A stretch of DNA of 64,000 nucleotides from Actinomycetota bacterium (GTDB lineage Bacteria; Actinomycetota; Acidimicrobiia; Acidimicrobiales; Ilumatobacteraceae), in assembly GCA_039796935.1 (NCBI GenBank), contig JBDKIV010000240.1:14376-78375 (forward strand), read 5' to 3'. This document shows positions 30,438 to 39,942 of the stretch, piece by piece. Position numbers and translations under genes: made by a program. The notes beneath the pieces were generated by a model that searched no databases, was not told where the DNA came from, and worked only from the letters and a program-made list of their open reading frames with translations. The first letter of the stretch is position 1, and every line of letters starts with the position of its first letter.

Positions 30438-31193
30438 TCACCGCGCGACGTACCCCTCGACACACCAGCCCACGATCGTGCGGCCGGCTTCATCGAGTGC
30501 GGCCAGTTGACGACCCATCGTCGCCCGCCACTCTCGGGCACGTTCGGGGTCGTCCGTGCGCAAGGTCGGGTAATCGGCCGGCACCGCGACGACGGTGTCC
30601 CCGGGCAGCACGTCGACCTCGGCCGCGCCGACCGGGTGCTCGAGCATCCAGGACACCTCGAGCCGATCGGTGCGCTCACCGGTGTTGAACGCATCGCGTC
30701 GATCGCCGTAACAGTGCGGGAGGAACGCCACCGGCCTGGCGCCGAGACGGACGAGGTTGAACCGTGCGTTGGCGCGCAGCATCGGGTCGAAGGTCCAGCG
30801 CATCTCGGTCACGCCGTGGTCGAGGCACTGTGCCCGCTGGGCGAGTTTGAGGGCCACGCCCACACCCGTGGCCCGAGCCGTCGGGACGACGCCCACCTGG
30901 TGGGAGTGGAGGTGGATCCCGTCGGCCCATCCGAGCCACCCGAGCGCGAACCCTGCGGCCGACCCGTCCGACCGGCGACGCGCCAGCAGCAACGACCCGC
31001 CCCCGATGGCCATGCCCCTCAGCAGGTTGCGGGGCGGCACGACCTCGGCACCCCAGATGGCATCGAGCGTGGCGCGGAGTGCGTCGAGTTCGGCCGGGGT
31101 CTCGACGGCGTCGATCCGAACTCCGGCGTGGGCGGCGGCTGCGGCCGCGGCTGCTGCGGCGCCTGCCGCGGCGGCTTCAGCCGTGTTGCTCAT
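30438..31193 (-). CDS. GNAT-family N-acetyltransferase-like protein
   Basis: ATG 31193 (ATGA overlap with the M20 stop). Ala-run N-terminus. HQVGVVPTARATGVGVALKLAQR resembles the acetyl-CoA binding Q/RxxGxG/A segment. Confidence 0.6.
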   Translation of the reverse strand: MSNTAEAAAAGAAAAAAAAAAHAGVRIDAVETPAELDALRATLDAIWGAEVVPPRNLLRGMAIGGGSLLLARRRSDGSAAGFALGWLGWADGIHLHSHQVGVVPTARATGVGVALKLAQRAQCLDHGVTEMRWTFDPMLRANARFNLVRLGARPVAFLPHCYGDRRDAFNTGERTDRLEVSWMLEHPVGAAEVDVLPGDTVVAVPADYPTLRTDDPERAREWRATMGRQLAALDEAGRTIVGWCVEGYVAR

Positions 31194-32611
31194 CGCGCGG
31201 CGCGCCCGTGCGCCTCGAGCACGTCGGCGACGCTGGCGGTCACCCGTCGAACCGTCGGCAGGTGCAGGAACTCGTCGGGCCCATGAGCGTTCGAGCCGGG
31301 ACCGAGCACACCCACCAGGAGGAACTGTGCGTCGGGCAGCCGTTCGCCGAGCATCCCCATGAACGGGATCGTCCCACCCACCCCGCACGATGCGGCCGGG
31401 CGGCCGAAGTGACGCTCGCTCGCCTCGTCGGTCGCTGCGACGAGCCACGACTCGAATGCCGGCGACTCCCACCCCGGCCCCAGCGCGCCGCCACGGAAGC
31501 GGACCCGGGCACCGAACGGCGGGTCGGTCTCGAGGACCTCGGTGAGCTCGGACGCGATCGCATCGATGTCGGCCGTCGGCGGCACACGGAACGAGAGCTT
31601 CACCGCCAGCCGTGACCGGAAGACGTTGCCAGCGTCGGCGACCGGTGGCAGCCCATCGGCGCCGATCACCTCGAGCGCCGGACGCCACGTCTCGTTGATC
31701 AACTCGTCGTGCGGCTCGGCCCCCATCGACTGGACCCCCTCGACCGGGTGGAACGACGTGGACAGCCGCTCGAACGCCGACGCAGCCACGACCGCTTCGG
31801 CGACACGGTGCTCGGGGATCTCGGCGTGGGCGCTTCGCAGCAGCACGGTGCCCGTGCGGGAGTCCTCGACGCGGTCGAGGAGCACGCGCAGGATCCGGAA
31901 CGCCGACGGGAGGACCCCGCTGGCGCGACCGCTGTGCGGGTCGTCGGCGCACACATCGATCTCGAGCACGCCGCCGACCACGCCGCGCGTCGACGTCGTC
32001 GTCCAGAGCCGGTCGTAGCTCTCGCAGAACGAGTCGAGCGTGATCACCAGATCGGCTCCGGCGAACCGCGGGAACAGCTGCGCAAGGTGCTCGCTCAGGT
32101 GGACCGACGAGCTCTCCTCGCTCGCTTCGATCAGCACGACGATCCGTGCATGCCCGCCACCGGCCTCTCGAACCGCGCGGATGGCGATGAGGGCGGCGAA
32201 GACCGAGTAACCGTCGTCTGCCCCACCGCGTCCGTACAGGCGATCCCCGTCGAGCACCGGTGTCCACGGTCCGAGTCCGGGTGACCAGGGCTCCATCTCG
32301 GGTTGCTTGTCGAGATGGCCGTACATCACCACGGTCCGACTCGACAGCGAGTCGTCGGTGGCCGGGATCTCGAGCAGCAGCACGGGGGTCAATCCGGGCC
32401 GCTCGATCAGTTCGACGGTCATGCCGTCGATCGGCTGACGTCGGGCCCAGTCGGCCAACATCCGCGCTGCAGTGGCGATGTGGCCCGTCGTCTCCCAGTC
32501 GACGTCGAACATGGGAGAACGCGCCGGGACGGCGATGTAGTCCATGAGTGTCGGGAGTGCGGCGTCCCACTCTCGATCGATGAACTCCGTCGAGGCGGTC
32601 ACCCCGTTCAC
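31190..32611 (-). CDS. M20 family dipeptidase
   Basis: MYGHLDKQP, GRGGADDGYS and EASEESSS match the M20 metal ligand/catalytic motifs (HxD, D, EE). GTGA overlap with the upstream gene. Confidence 0.8.
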   Translation of the reverse strand: MNGVTASTEFIDREWDAALPTLMDYIAVPARSPMFDVDWETTGHIATAARMLADWARRQPIDGMTVELIERPGLTPVLLLEIPATDDSLSSRTVVMYGHLDKQPEMEPWSPGLGPWTPVLDGDRLYGRGGADDGYSVFAALIAIRAVREAGGGHARIVVLIEASEESSSVHLSEHLAQLFPRFAGADLVITLDSFCESYDRLWTTTSTRGVVGGVLEIDVCADDPHSGRASGVLPSAFRILRVLLDRVEDSRTGTVLLRSAHAEIPEHRVAEAVVAASAFERLSTSFHPVEGVQSMGAEPHDELINETWRPALEVIGADGLPPVADAGNVFRSRLAVKLSFRVPPTADIDAIASELTEVLETDPPFGARVRFRGGALGPGWESPAFESWLVAATDEASERHFGRPAASCGVGGTIPFMGMLGERLPDAQFLLVGVLGPGSNAHGPDEFLHLPTVRRVTASVADVLEAHGRAAR

Positions 32612-34017
32612 GACCGCACCTCGACCGGAGCGAACGACATCAGTTCGGCATCACCGACGAGCACGGCGATGCGTTCGACGGCGTGTGCCCCGCCGGCCGC
32701 GGCCGGGTGCACCTCGAGCGTGGCGCCGGTCTCTTCGTCGAGGAACCTCGTCGCCGACAGCGGGAGCATCCGACGCCGGCCGTAGGGGGCGGGGCTCGAC
32801 AACTCGCCGTCGAGGAACTCGAGCGTGAGCGGACGATCGAACGGTCCGCGGTACCGGCCGGCGTACGAGGCCAGGGTCTCCGGATCGACCTGCGCCACAT
32901 CGACCACGAACATGTCCATCGCTCCCCATCCGTACTCGGCGGCGATCGCTCGCCGGATCTCTCCCATCAGTGTCGTACCACCTTCGGCGTTGGTGAGGAT
33001 CGCAGCACCGAGCGGTTGCTCGACCAGTCCGTCGACCTGGCTGCGGAACCCCTCGTTCGAACCGCTGTGACCGAAGCGGCGAAGCGGTCCCGATCCGCCG
33101 AGCTCGGGGCCCAGGCCGAACGGTCCCGGCTGACCCGCCACGTCGACGGGGGTGACCATCTGGTGTGCCGTTGCTCGAGAGATGGGCCCGGTGCGGTCGC
33201 CGCGGAGGATCTCCTGCACGCAGATCGTCCAGCGCGCCAGGTCGACCACCGTGGTCCACAGGCCGGCTGCCTGCAGCTCGGGATACACGTGGTGACCACC
33301 CTCGACCGGCGCACCGGTCGGTCCGTGACCCTCGGCGGCACGAGCCGCCCGATCGACGCCGAGTGGTTGGGCGTACGCGCTGTCGACCATGCCGAACGGC
33401 ACGAGCACGAGATCGGACATCACCTCGGCGAAATCACGGCCCGTGACATCGGCGACGAGTTGCTGGACGATGGTCGACCCGCCACCGGAGTACTGCGACA
33501 CGGTGCCCGGCGGGGCGAACGATTCGACGGCGGGAGTGTTGGCTGCACCGCGGCCCGAGAGGATGTCCGCGACCGAGGGGAGGTCTGCCGTGCGCGGATA
33601 GCCGGGGAAGCCGGGCACGGTCGTCCCGGCCGTGTGACTCAGCAGGTGCCGGACGGTCACCGGCCGGTCTGCGGTGTGTGACGACTCGGGGAGCCGCCAA
33701 CTCCGCAGCAGCGAGTTGACATCGGCATCGAGGTCGAACGCACCGTGCTCGACGAGGGCGAGCACACCGACGGCCGCGACCGCCTTGCTGATCGATGCCG
33801 CCTGATATCTCGTGGTCGCGTGCGCCGCGCTCCGACCCGCGATCGCCTCGCCGTACCCTCCGGCCCACGCGATCTCGCCGTCGTCGATGACCGCGATGCT
33901 CACCCCGGGCACGCAGTACCGGCGCATCCGCTCGAGCAGGGAATGCTGCTCGAGCGGACGGCCGGCGATCTGGAGGGCGGCGAGCAAGCCGTGTTCGACG
34001 CGCTCGCGACGGCTCAT
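32608..34017 (-). CDS. Serine hydrolase (class C beta-lactamase / D-aminopeptidase-like fold)
   Basis: SxxK motif AASISKAVAAV, YSGGG, HSGSNEGF. Same architecture as 24745..26157. Confidence 0.8.
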   Translation of the reverse strand: MSRRERVEHGLLAALQIAGRPLEQHSLLERMRRYCVPGVSIAVIDDGEIAWAGGYGEAIAGRSAAHATTRYQAASISKAVAAVGVLALVEHGAFDLDADVNSLLRSWRLPESSHTADRPVTVRHLLSHTAGTTVPGFPGYPRTADLPSVADILSGRGAANTPAVESFAPPGTVSQYSGGGSTIVQQLVADVTGRDFAEVMSDLVLVPFGMVDSAYAQPLGVDRAARAAEGHGPTGAPVEGGHHVYPELQAAGLWTTVVDLARWTICVQEILRGDRTGPISRATAHQMVTPVDVAGQPGPFGLGPELGGSGPLRRFGHSGSNEGFRSQVDGLVEQPLGAAILTNAEGGTTLMGEIRRAIAAEYGWGAMDMFVVDVAQVDPETLASYAGRYRGPFDRPLTLEFLDGELSSPAPYGRRRMLPLSATRFLDEETGATLEVHPAAAGGAHAVERIAVLVGDAELMSFAPVEVRS

Positions 34018-35120
34018 GCCGGCACCTCGAACGACTCGGGGAACGTGTCACGGGCAGCTGCGACCACTGCGTGCATCAGCTCGTCGGGCCGCCGTTCCGC
34101 CTGACTGATCGTCCCGGTGATCGTCAGCCCGCTGACGGGATCGATGTGCATGAGCGCGCCCCAGTACCCACGGTGGCCGCGAAGCACGAGCCCGCTGCTC
34201 TCTCGGGCATCGACCCCGCAGCCATACCCCACGTACCCGGGGGTGTGCAGATCGGGGTCGAGCGTGCGGAACCGGTAGTCGAGCATCTCGTCCAAGAGGG
34301 GCTGCGGCACGAGCGTGCCGTCGATGAGTGCTCGGGCGAACACGGCCAGGTCGTCGGTGTCGGACACGAGTCCACCACCCGCCCAGTCGGCCGAGCCATC
34401 GATGACGGAGGCGTCCAGATCGCCCTGATGGGGATGGATCATCGGCTCACCGCGATGCTCCTCGTAGCCCTCGAGGTAGGTCGCGGCGAGGCCGAGCGGT
34501 CCGATGATCCGGCGCCGGTACGACTCGTGCAACGGACCGGCATCGAGTCCTTCGATGATGCAGCCGAGGAACACGTACCCGGTGTCGCTGTAGGCGTAGC
34601 CGTACCCTTCGCCCGGCGGGAAGTGTGCAGCGCCCCACACACCAGCCCCTTCGAGCATCTCGCGCGGCGACCAGTGCCGCCCGGGATCGGCCGCGATCGC
34701 GGTGAAGAACCCTGCGCTCTGGGCGAAGTCGAACAGACCGCTGGCGTGGGTCAGCATCTGGCGGACCGTGATCCGGCGCCCGTACGACACGCCATCGATC
34801 ACGTGCACCCGGTCGACCACGTCGTGGAGGTCGGCGGGCAGATGATCGATCATCGCGTCGTCGAGGCCGAGACGGCCCTCGGCCACCAACTGCATCACCA
34901 CCGCTGCCGTGAAGGGCTTGGTGATGCTGGCGATGCGGAACGAACTGAGCGGGTGGGCCCGGGCCTGCCCGCGGACGATGCCGCCGGCGGCGTGGCGGAC
35001 GACGACGCCCTGGTCGGGCAGTTCGACCCGGACGACGCACGCATCGTCGGAGACCGCGGACTGCGACTCGACGACGCGAACGATCCGCTGGCGAAGATCG
35101 TCGGCACGGGTGGCATTCAT
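34014..35120 (-). CDS. Serine hydrolase (beta-lactamase / DD-peptidase fold)
   Basis: ATG 35120 preceded by GGAGG. SxxK motif IASITKPFTAAV, YSDTGY (YxN-like), GHRGYWG. Confidence 0.8.
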   Translation of the reverse strand: MNATRADDLRQRIVRVVESQSAVSDDACVVRVELPDQGVVVRHAAGGIVRGQARAHPLSSFRIASITKPFTAAVVMQLVAEGRLGLDDAMIDHLPADLHDVVDRVHVIDGVSYGRRITVRQMLTHASGLFDFAQSAGFFTAIAADPGRHWSPREMLEGAGVWGAAHFPPGEGYGYAYSDTGYVFLGCIIEGLDAGPLHESYRRRIIGPLGLAATYLEGYEEHRGEPMIHPHQGDLDASVIDGSADWAGGGLVSDTDDLAVFARALIDGTLVPQPLLDEMLDYRFRTLDPDLHTPGYVGYGCGVDARESSGLVLRGHRGYWGALMHIDPVSGLTITGTISQAERRPDELMHAVVAAARDTFPESFEVPA

Positions 35121-36133
35121 GTCGACCTCCGGTCGAGTGGATCGTGGACGAGGCGATGTCGATGGACGAAGGCTGCGGCGTCGTCGCGGTCGCTGCAGGT
35201 GGTGAGCGCCGCCATGGTTGCGAGTCTGGCCTTCTGAGCGTTCAGGCCACCGGCGCCGACGGCACCGAGGAAGTCGAGGTCGTCGGTTCGTGCCGTGTCG
35301 GTGAAGGGCCTCGAGGCGAGCACGACGAGGACTCCCGCATCGGCCGCAGCCCGGATGGGACCCCACAGCTGGCGCGGCACGTGCAGGTCGCCGAACACCT
35401 CGAGCACGACGCCACGGTGGCCGTCGGCGACGGTGTCGAACGCCCCCGGCTCGATACCGGGGTAGCAGGTGAGGAGGGGCACGTCGACGTCGAGACCGCG
35501 TGCCGGGGGCCGCTCGGCGGGCGCGTCGCCGACGAACTCGACCCGACCGTCGCGCACCCGGCCCGACGGCGCGAGCGGAGCGGACTCGAACGCGTCGACG
35601 GACCGCGCGTGCACCTTGGTGACCGCTGCCGACGAGTGGATGCGGCCGTCGAGGCACACGAGCACGTCACGCCCGGCAGCAGACGGCGACCAGGCCGTGC
35701 GCACGGCGTCGGCGACGTTGCCGGGTCCGTCGGGGTCGGGGTGCGACCGCACTCGCATCGCCCCGGTGAACACCACCGGCCGGCGACCCGGACGAACCCC
35801 GAGGAGCAGGTCGGTGACGAACGCCGTCAGCTCGATCGTGTCGGTTCCGTGCAGCACGACGACCCCCGCGGCCGGTGCACCGGAGGCATCCCCGGCGAGG
35901 CATGCCTCGATCCGCCGTGCGATCGCCACCATGTCGGCGACGGTGAGGTTCGAGCTGGGTCCGGCAGCGACGTCGTCGACGTCGATCCGCTCACGCTGCC
36001 CGGCACCGAGCAGTCCCGACCTGACGACGTCGTCGAGGAGCGCGCCGCCGGGTGTCTCCGTCCAGGTGCCGTCGACCAGGCACGAGGCGATCGTGCCGCC
36101 GGTGGCGAGCACATGGATCCGGTCGTCGCTCAT
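35117..36133 (-). CDS. L-asparaginase (type I-like)
   Basis: HVLATGGTIAS (catalytic Thr motif) and VVLHGTDTIE (second Thr motif). ATGA overlaps on both sides. Confidence 0.8.
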   Translation of the reverse strand: MSDDRIHVLATGGTIASCLVDGTWTETPGGALLDDVVRSGLLGAGQRERIDVDDVAAGPSSNLTVADMVAIARRIEACLAGDASGAPAAGVVVLHGTDTIELTAFVTDLLLGVRPGRRPVVFTGAMRVRSHPDPDGPGNVADAVRTAWSPSAAGRDVLVCLDGRIHSSAAVTKVHARSVDAFESAPLAPSGRVRDGRVEFVGDAPAERPPARGLDVDVPLLTCYPGIEPGAFDTVADGHRGVVLEVFGDLHVPRQLWGPIRAAADAGVLVVLASRPFTDTARTDDLDFLGAVGAGGLNAQKARLATMAALTTCSDRDDAAAFVHRHRLVHDPLDRRST

Positions 36134-37686
36134 ACGTGCTCGGGTCGTCGTGCCCGGTGGGCGAGGCGTGGCTGCGGCTCCCAGTCGTCGATCTGGTCGA
36201 GCGGGAACACCGGGCGCTCGACATGGCACCACGCGACCGACCACAGGTCGTTGGTCGCGACGCCCGGAGCGCCGACTTCGATGATCTGGTCGTCGGTGAA
36301 CAGGTGGTCGAACCCGGCACGGAAGTGGCCGCGCGACTTCACGACGACCACGGTCGCCGCGGCCGGGTCGAGCCCGACGTGGCGCAGTGTGTCGTCGTCG
36401 GCGCACTGCACCGGCGAGGACGACACCCCGATCCGGATCCCGTCGATCTGGAGCGCGCACGACCGACCCGGTCGGCGCGTGCTGCCGGCATAGACGCCTC
36501 GGCCCGGCACGAGCGGTTCGTCCACCAGGGACAGCACGCTGGCGCGGGCGGCGAACGTGGGGGCGAGCGGGTCGTCACTGTCGGCGTTGAACTCGACGTC
36601 GAGTGATGCGCCCACACCGGCGGCCCAGGCGGCGGCGACGACACGCGCATCGCAGTGGAGTCCCATCACGACCTCGGTCGCGCCCGCGTGGACGAGCGAG
36701 CGGAGGATGAACGGCGCCGTGGCGGGCGCTCCACCACCGGGATTGTCCGAGGTGTCGGCCAGCAGGACCGGGCGGCGGTCACCGGCACAGGCGCGCACGG
36801 CCTCGGTGACGGCGTCGTCGAGCGTGACGGTGTGCAGGCGGTAGCGGTGACGCCGATCCCATGCCGCGCGGCACACCGCTGCGACCACCTCGCGGGCCAG
36901 GTCCTCGTGGCCGTCATCGACGCTCGCGCAGACGGCCATGCCTGCCCCGGGGACGTCGGAGAGCGAGAACCCCCCGAAGACCGAGACGTTCCGTACCGGG
37001 GGCTCGGCCTCGGCGACCGCCATCACCTCGGCGAAGACCTCACCGGGCGTGGTCAGCTGTGCGATCTGCGGGAGCATCATCGGCACCGGTGCCCACACGA
37101 GGCGAGCGCGCGCCGAACCGGCGAGCAGGCGGCGGACGTGATCGGCGGCCTCGACCAACCGGGCCTCGATGTCGACGTGCGGATTGGTGCGATAGCCGAC
37201 GACGACGTCGAGCGCATCGCACAGTCGTTGCGTGAGGTTGGCGTGGAAGTCGAGCACGGCGACGACGGGCGCGTCGTCGCCGACGGTGGCCCGGACGGCT
37301 TCGACGAAGGTGGCGTCGGGGTCGAGGTCGTCGGTGGTCCGGCCGGCACCGTGGCCGAGGACGAGCACGGCGTCGACGGGCGCGGCGGCGTGGAGTGCCT
37401 CGACGACCTCTGCGACCACCGTCTGGAAGTCGTCGCCGTCGAGCAGCCCGCTCGCACCGAACTCCCAGACCGGCAGGTCGATCACCTCGACGGGCCGACC
37501 GGCGAACCGGCCCTCGGTGACGCTGCCTCCGGTGAGACGGCGCACGGCGGCACCGGCCTCCCAGCTGGCAGCCAGCCCACCGGGATGCTGCGATGCGTCG
37601 ACGCCGTCGCGGCGGCGAACGGGCGCGGCGAAGGCGTTCGCTTCGTGGGCGTAGCCGGTGATCGCCACCCGAACGGGACGGTTCAT
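36130..37686 (-). CDS. M81 family metallopeptidase, MlrC-like
   Basis: 518 aa. The N-terminal VRVAITGYAHEANAF and the HGAG...DFHANL blocks are typical of the MlrC N-terminal/C-terminal domain family, recognised by eye. Confidence 0.7.
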   Translation of the reverse strand: MNRPVRVAITGYAHEANAFAAPVRRRDGVDASQHPGGLAASWEAGAAVRRLTGGSVTEGRFAGRPVEVIDLPVWEFGASGLLDGDDFQTVVAEVVEALHAAAPVDAVLVLGHGAGRTTDDLDPDATFVEAVRATVGDDAPVVAVLDFHANLTQRLCDALDVVVGYRTNPHVDIEARLVEAADHVRRLLAGSARARLVWAPVPMMLPQIAQLTTPGEVFAEVMAVAEAEPPVRNVSVFGGFSLSDVPGAGMAVCASVDDGHEDLAREVVAAVCRAAWDRRHRYRLHTVTLDDAVTEAVRACAGDRRPVLLADTSDNPGGGAPATAPFILRSLVHAGATEVVMGLHCDARVVAAAWAAGVGASLDVEFNADSDDPLAPTFAARASVLSLVDEPLVPGRGVYAGSTRRPGRSCALQIDGIRIGVSSSPVQCADDDTLRHVGLDPAAATVVVVKSRGHFRAGFDHLFTDDQIIEVGAPGVATNDLWSVAWCHVERPVFPLDQIDDWEPQPRLAHRARRPEHV

Positions 37687-39014
37687 GCGTCGCCGATCCG
37701 CTCCTCGACCAGCATCTGCATGCCGTCGCGCATGTGCCCGAGTGTCTCGTCGATGTCGTCCTCGGTCATGGCCGTCGACAGCAGCATCAGGCCGTGCGGG
37801 ATGATCGTGACGCCGTGGTCGAGCAGGTACCGGTGCAGTGCGTAGATCATCTGCGCCTCGCGGCGACGAATCGGGAGCTGACGGAAGTTGGTGAAGGGGG
37901 CGTCGTTGAAGATCAGTGAGACCATCGACGCGCAGCCGTGGACACCCCCGGCGAGGCCGGTGTCGCGCAGCGCCGCGCGCAGGCCCTCGCGCAGTCGATC
38001 ACCCAGCCCGTTGAGCCGGTCGTACGCCTCGGGCGTCATCTGCTCCATGCAGGCCAGGCCGGCCGCCATCGTCATCGGGTTGGCGTTGTAGGTGCCACCG
38101 TGCTCGACGCGGAGTGGCTTCTTGGTCTGGTCGAACACCTCCATCACGTCGGCGCGGCCACCCGTGGCCCCGACCGGCAGTCCTCCGCCGATGATCTTGC
38201 CGAGTGCCGTCAGGTCGGGCGTGACCCCGACGGATCCCTGCGCACCGTCGTAGCCCACGCGGAACGAGAACACCTCGTCGAACACGAGCAGGATGCCGTG
38301 CCGTTCGGTGACCTCGCGCACCATCTGGAGGTAGGCGGGTGTTGCCTGCACGAACCACATGCGCGAGACGACCGGGTCGATCACCACGGCCGCGAGCTCG
38401 TCGGCGTGGCGCTCGATGATCGCCTGCGATGCCTCGACATCGTTGAAGGGCAACACGATGCTGTCGCGCAGCACCCCGTCGGTGAGGCCGTCCGTGGCGG
38501 GCACGGTGGACGGTTCGGTCGGGCTCCCCCACAGGTTGGGTGACGGGGCGACGCTGACCTCGATGGCGTCGGCGTTGCCGTGATACGAACCCTCGACCTT
38601 CGCGATCTTCGGTCTGCCCGTGAACGCCTTGGCGGCACGCAGCGCCATGAGGACACCCTCGGAACCCGAGTTCGAGAACCGGATCGTGTCGATGCCGGGA
38701 ACCCGTGCGGTGAGCAGTTCGGCCAGTTCGATCTCGACCTCGGTCGGCATGCCGACGGCGAGCAGTCGCTGCGCCTGGTCGGTGATCGCGGCGAGCACCT
38801 TCGGGTTGCCGTGACCGTGGATGAGCGACGACCAGTTGTTGACGAAGTCGATGCGCTCGACCCCGTCGACGTCGGTGACGCGGCAGCCCTTTCCCGACAC
38901 GGCATAGAGCGGGTACGGCTCGAACATCACCCCGACTCGACTGTTGCCGCCGGGCATCACCCGACGCCCTCGTTCGAACAGGGCTGCCGATGTGGAGTTC
39001 GGATCGGGGTACAT
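37683..39014 (-). CDS. Class III PLP aminotransferase (glutamate-1-semialdehyde aminomutase-like)
   Basis: ATG 39014 preceded by GGAG. RVMPGGNSR, FSNSGSEGVLMALRAAKAFTGR, LVFDEVFSFR and LGKIIGGGLPVGA (PLP Lys) are GSA-AM-type motifs. Confidence 0.8.
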   Translation of the reverse strand: MYPDPNSTSAALFERGRRVMPGGNSRVGVMFEPYPLYAVSGKGCRVTDVDGVERIDFVNNWSSLIHGHGNPKVLAAITDQAQRLLAVGMPTEVEIELAELLTARVPGIDTIRFSNSGSEGVLMALRAAKAFTGRPKIAKVEGSYHGNADAIEVSVAPSPNLWGSPTEPSTVPATDGLTDGVLRDSIVLPFNDVEASQAIIERHADELAAVVIDPVVSRMWFVQATPAYLQMVREVTERHGILLVFDEVFSFRVGYDGAQGSVGVTPDLTALGKIIGGGLPVGATGGRADVMEVFDQTKKPLRVEHGGTYNANPMTMAAGLACMEQMTPEAYDRLNGLGDRLREGLRAALRDTGLAGGVHGCASMVSLIFNDAPFTNFRQLPIRRREAQMIYALHRYLLDHGVTIIPHGLMLLSTAMTEDDIDETLGHMRDGMQMLVEERIGDA

Positions 39015-39042
39015 GGGGATCTCCTGCCTGATGCGCACCGGG

Positions 39043-39059
39043 TCTTGAACAGCGTACAA
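39043..39059. promoter_or_regulatory. Operator-like 17-mer TCTTGAACAGCGTACAA, identical to 26152-26168
   Basis: Centred in the 73-nt divergent region between the 7-gene operon (start 39014, minus) and the MaoC-like gene (start 39088, plus). Confidence 0.5.
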
Positions 39060-39087
39060 CGTGAGCGGGGCGTGCCATGATCCGGGC

Positions 39088-39942
39088 ATGCCCCTGCACG
39101 CTCAGGCCATCGGTGAACCGATCGGCGCGATCGACGTCCACTGCGATCGACGCTGGGTCATGTCGTTCGCCGCCGGGATACCCGACGACAGCGCCCCGTT
39201 CTACGACACGGTTGGCCACCTCGCCGTCCACCCGCTGTTCCCGGTCGCCGCCGAGTGGCAGCTCGTCGTCATGAAGCGCACCGACCCGTCGGGCATGTCC
39301 GCCGACGAGCGGCGGCGAGGCATCCACGTCGCTCACGACCTCGCGATCGAACGGCCGGTCCGGCCCGACGAGACGATCAGCCTGACGGCGTCGTTGCTCG
39401 GCGTCGGCCGGCGTCGGTCGGGTGCGACGCAGGAGGTGTTGTTCGTCGCCCGGGACACCGCCGGCGACATCGTGTGGCGGAGCCGCTTCACGTCGCTCTT
39501 CCTCGGCGTCGAGCTCGTCGGCGAGCCCGCGACGCTCGAGATCGACTGGCCCGCCACCCCGCCTCGACCGGACACGAACGGACCCCTCGTCGCGACCGAG
39601 TCGACCGTTCGGCTCGTCGACGCACACGTCTATTCGGAATGCGCGCGCATCTGGAACCCGATCCACACCGACCGGGCGGCGGCGCGAGCGGCCGGGCTCA
39701 CCGATCCGATCCTGCACGGCACGGCGACGCTGGCGCGAGGCGTGTCGCTGGTGACGGCCGCCGCCGGGGTTCGACTCGACGCGGTCACCCGAGTCGACTG
39801 CCGCTTCGTCGGCCAGGTGGCGCTCGGCAGCACCATCACGGCACGGCTACTCGCCCGCGACGACCATCACCTGTGGTTCGACGTGCTGACGGCCGACGGC
39901 GCGACGGCCATCGGCGACGGCCTCGTCTCGATCAACGCGTGA
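39088..39942 (+). CDS. MaoC-like (R)-hydratase/dehydratase, double hot-dog
   Basis: ATG 39088. The C-terminal half has YSECARIWNPIHTDRAAARAAGLTDPILHGTAT, a MaoC dehydratase motif. Confidence 0.65.
   Translation: MPLHAQAIGEPIGAIDVHCDRRWVMSFAAGIPDDSAPFYDTVGHLAVHPLFPVAAEWQLVVMKRTDPSGMSADERRRGIHVAHDLAIERPVRPDETISLTASLLGVGRRRSGATQEVLFVARDTAGDIVWRSRFTSLFLGVELVGEPATLEIDWPATPPRPDTNGPLVATESTVRLVDAHVYSECARIWNPIHTDRAAARAAGLTDPILHGTATLARGVSLVTAAAGVRLDAVTRVDCRFVGQVALGSTITARLLARDDHHLWFDVLTADGATAIGDGLVSINA

Noticed and set aside
31130-31185. GC-rich GCN repeat tract at the 5' end of the GNAT gene
   Set aside because: It simply encodes an N-terminal poly-Ala run (AAAAGAAAAAAAAAAHAG). It is a low-complexity coding sequence with no higher-order repeat structure.
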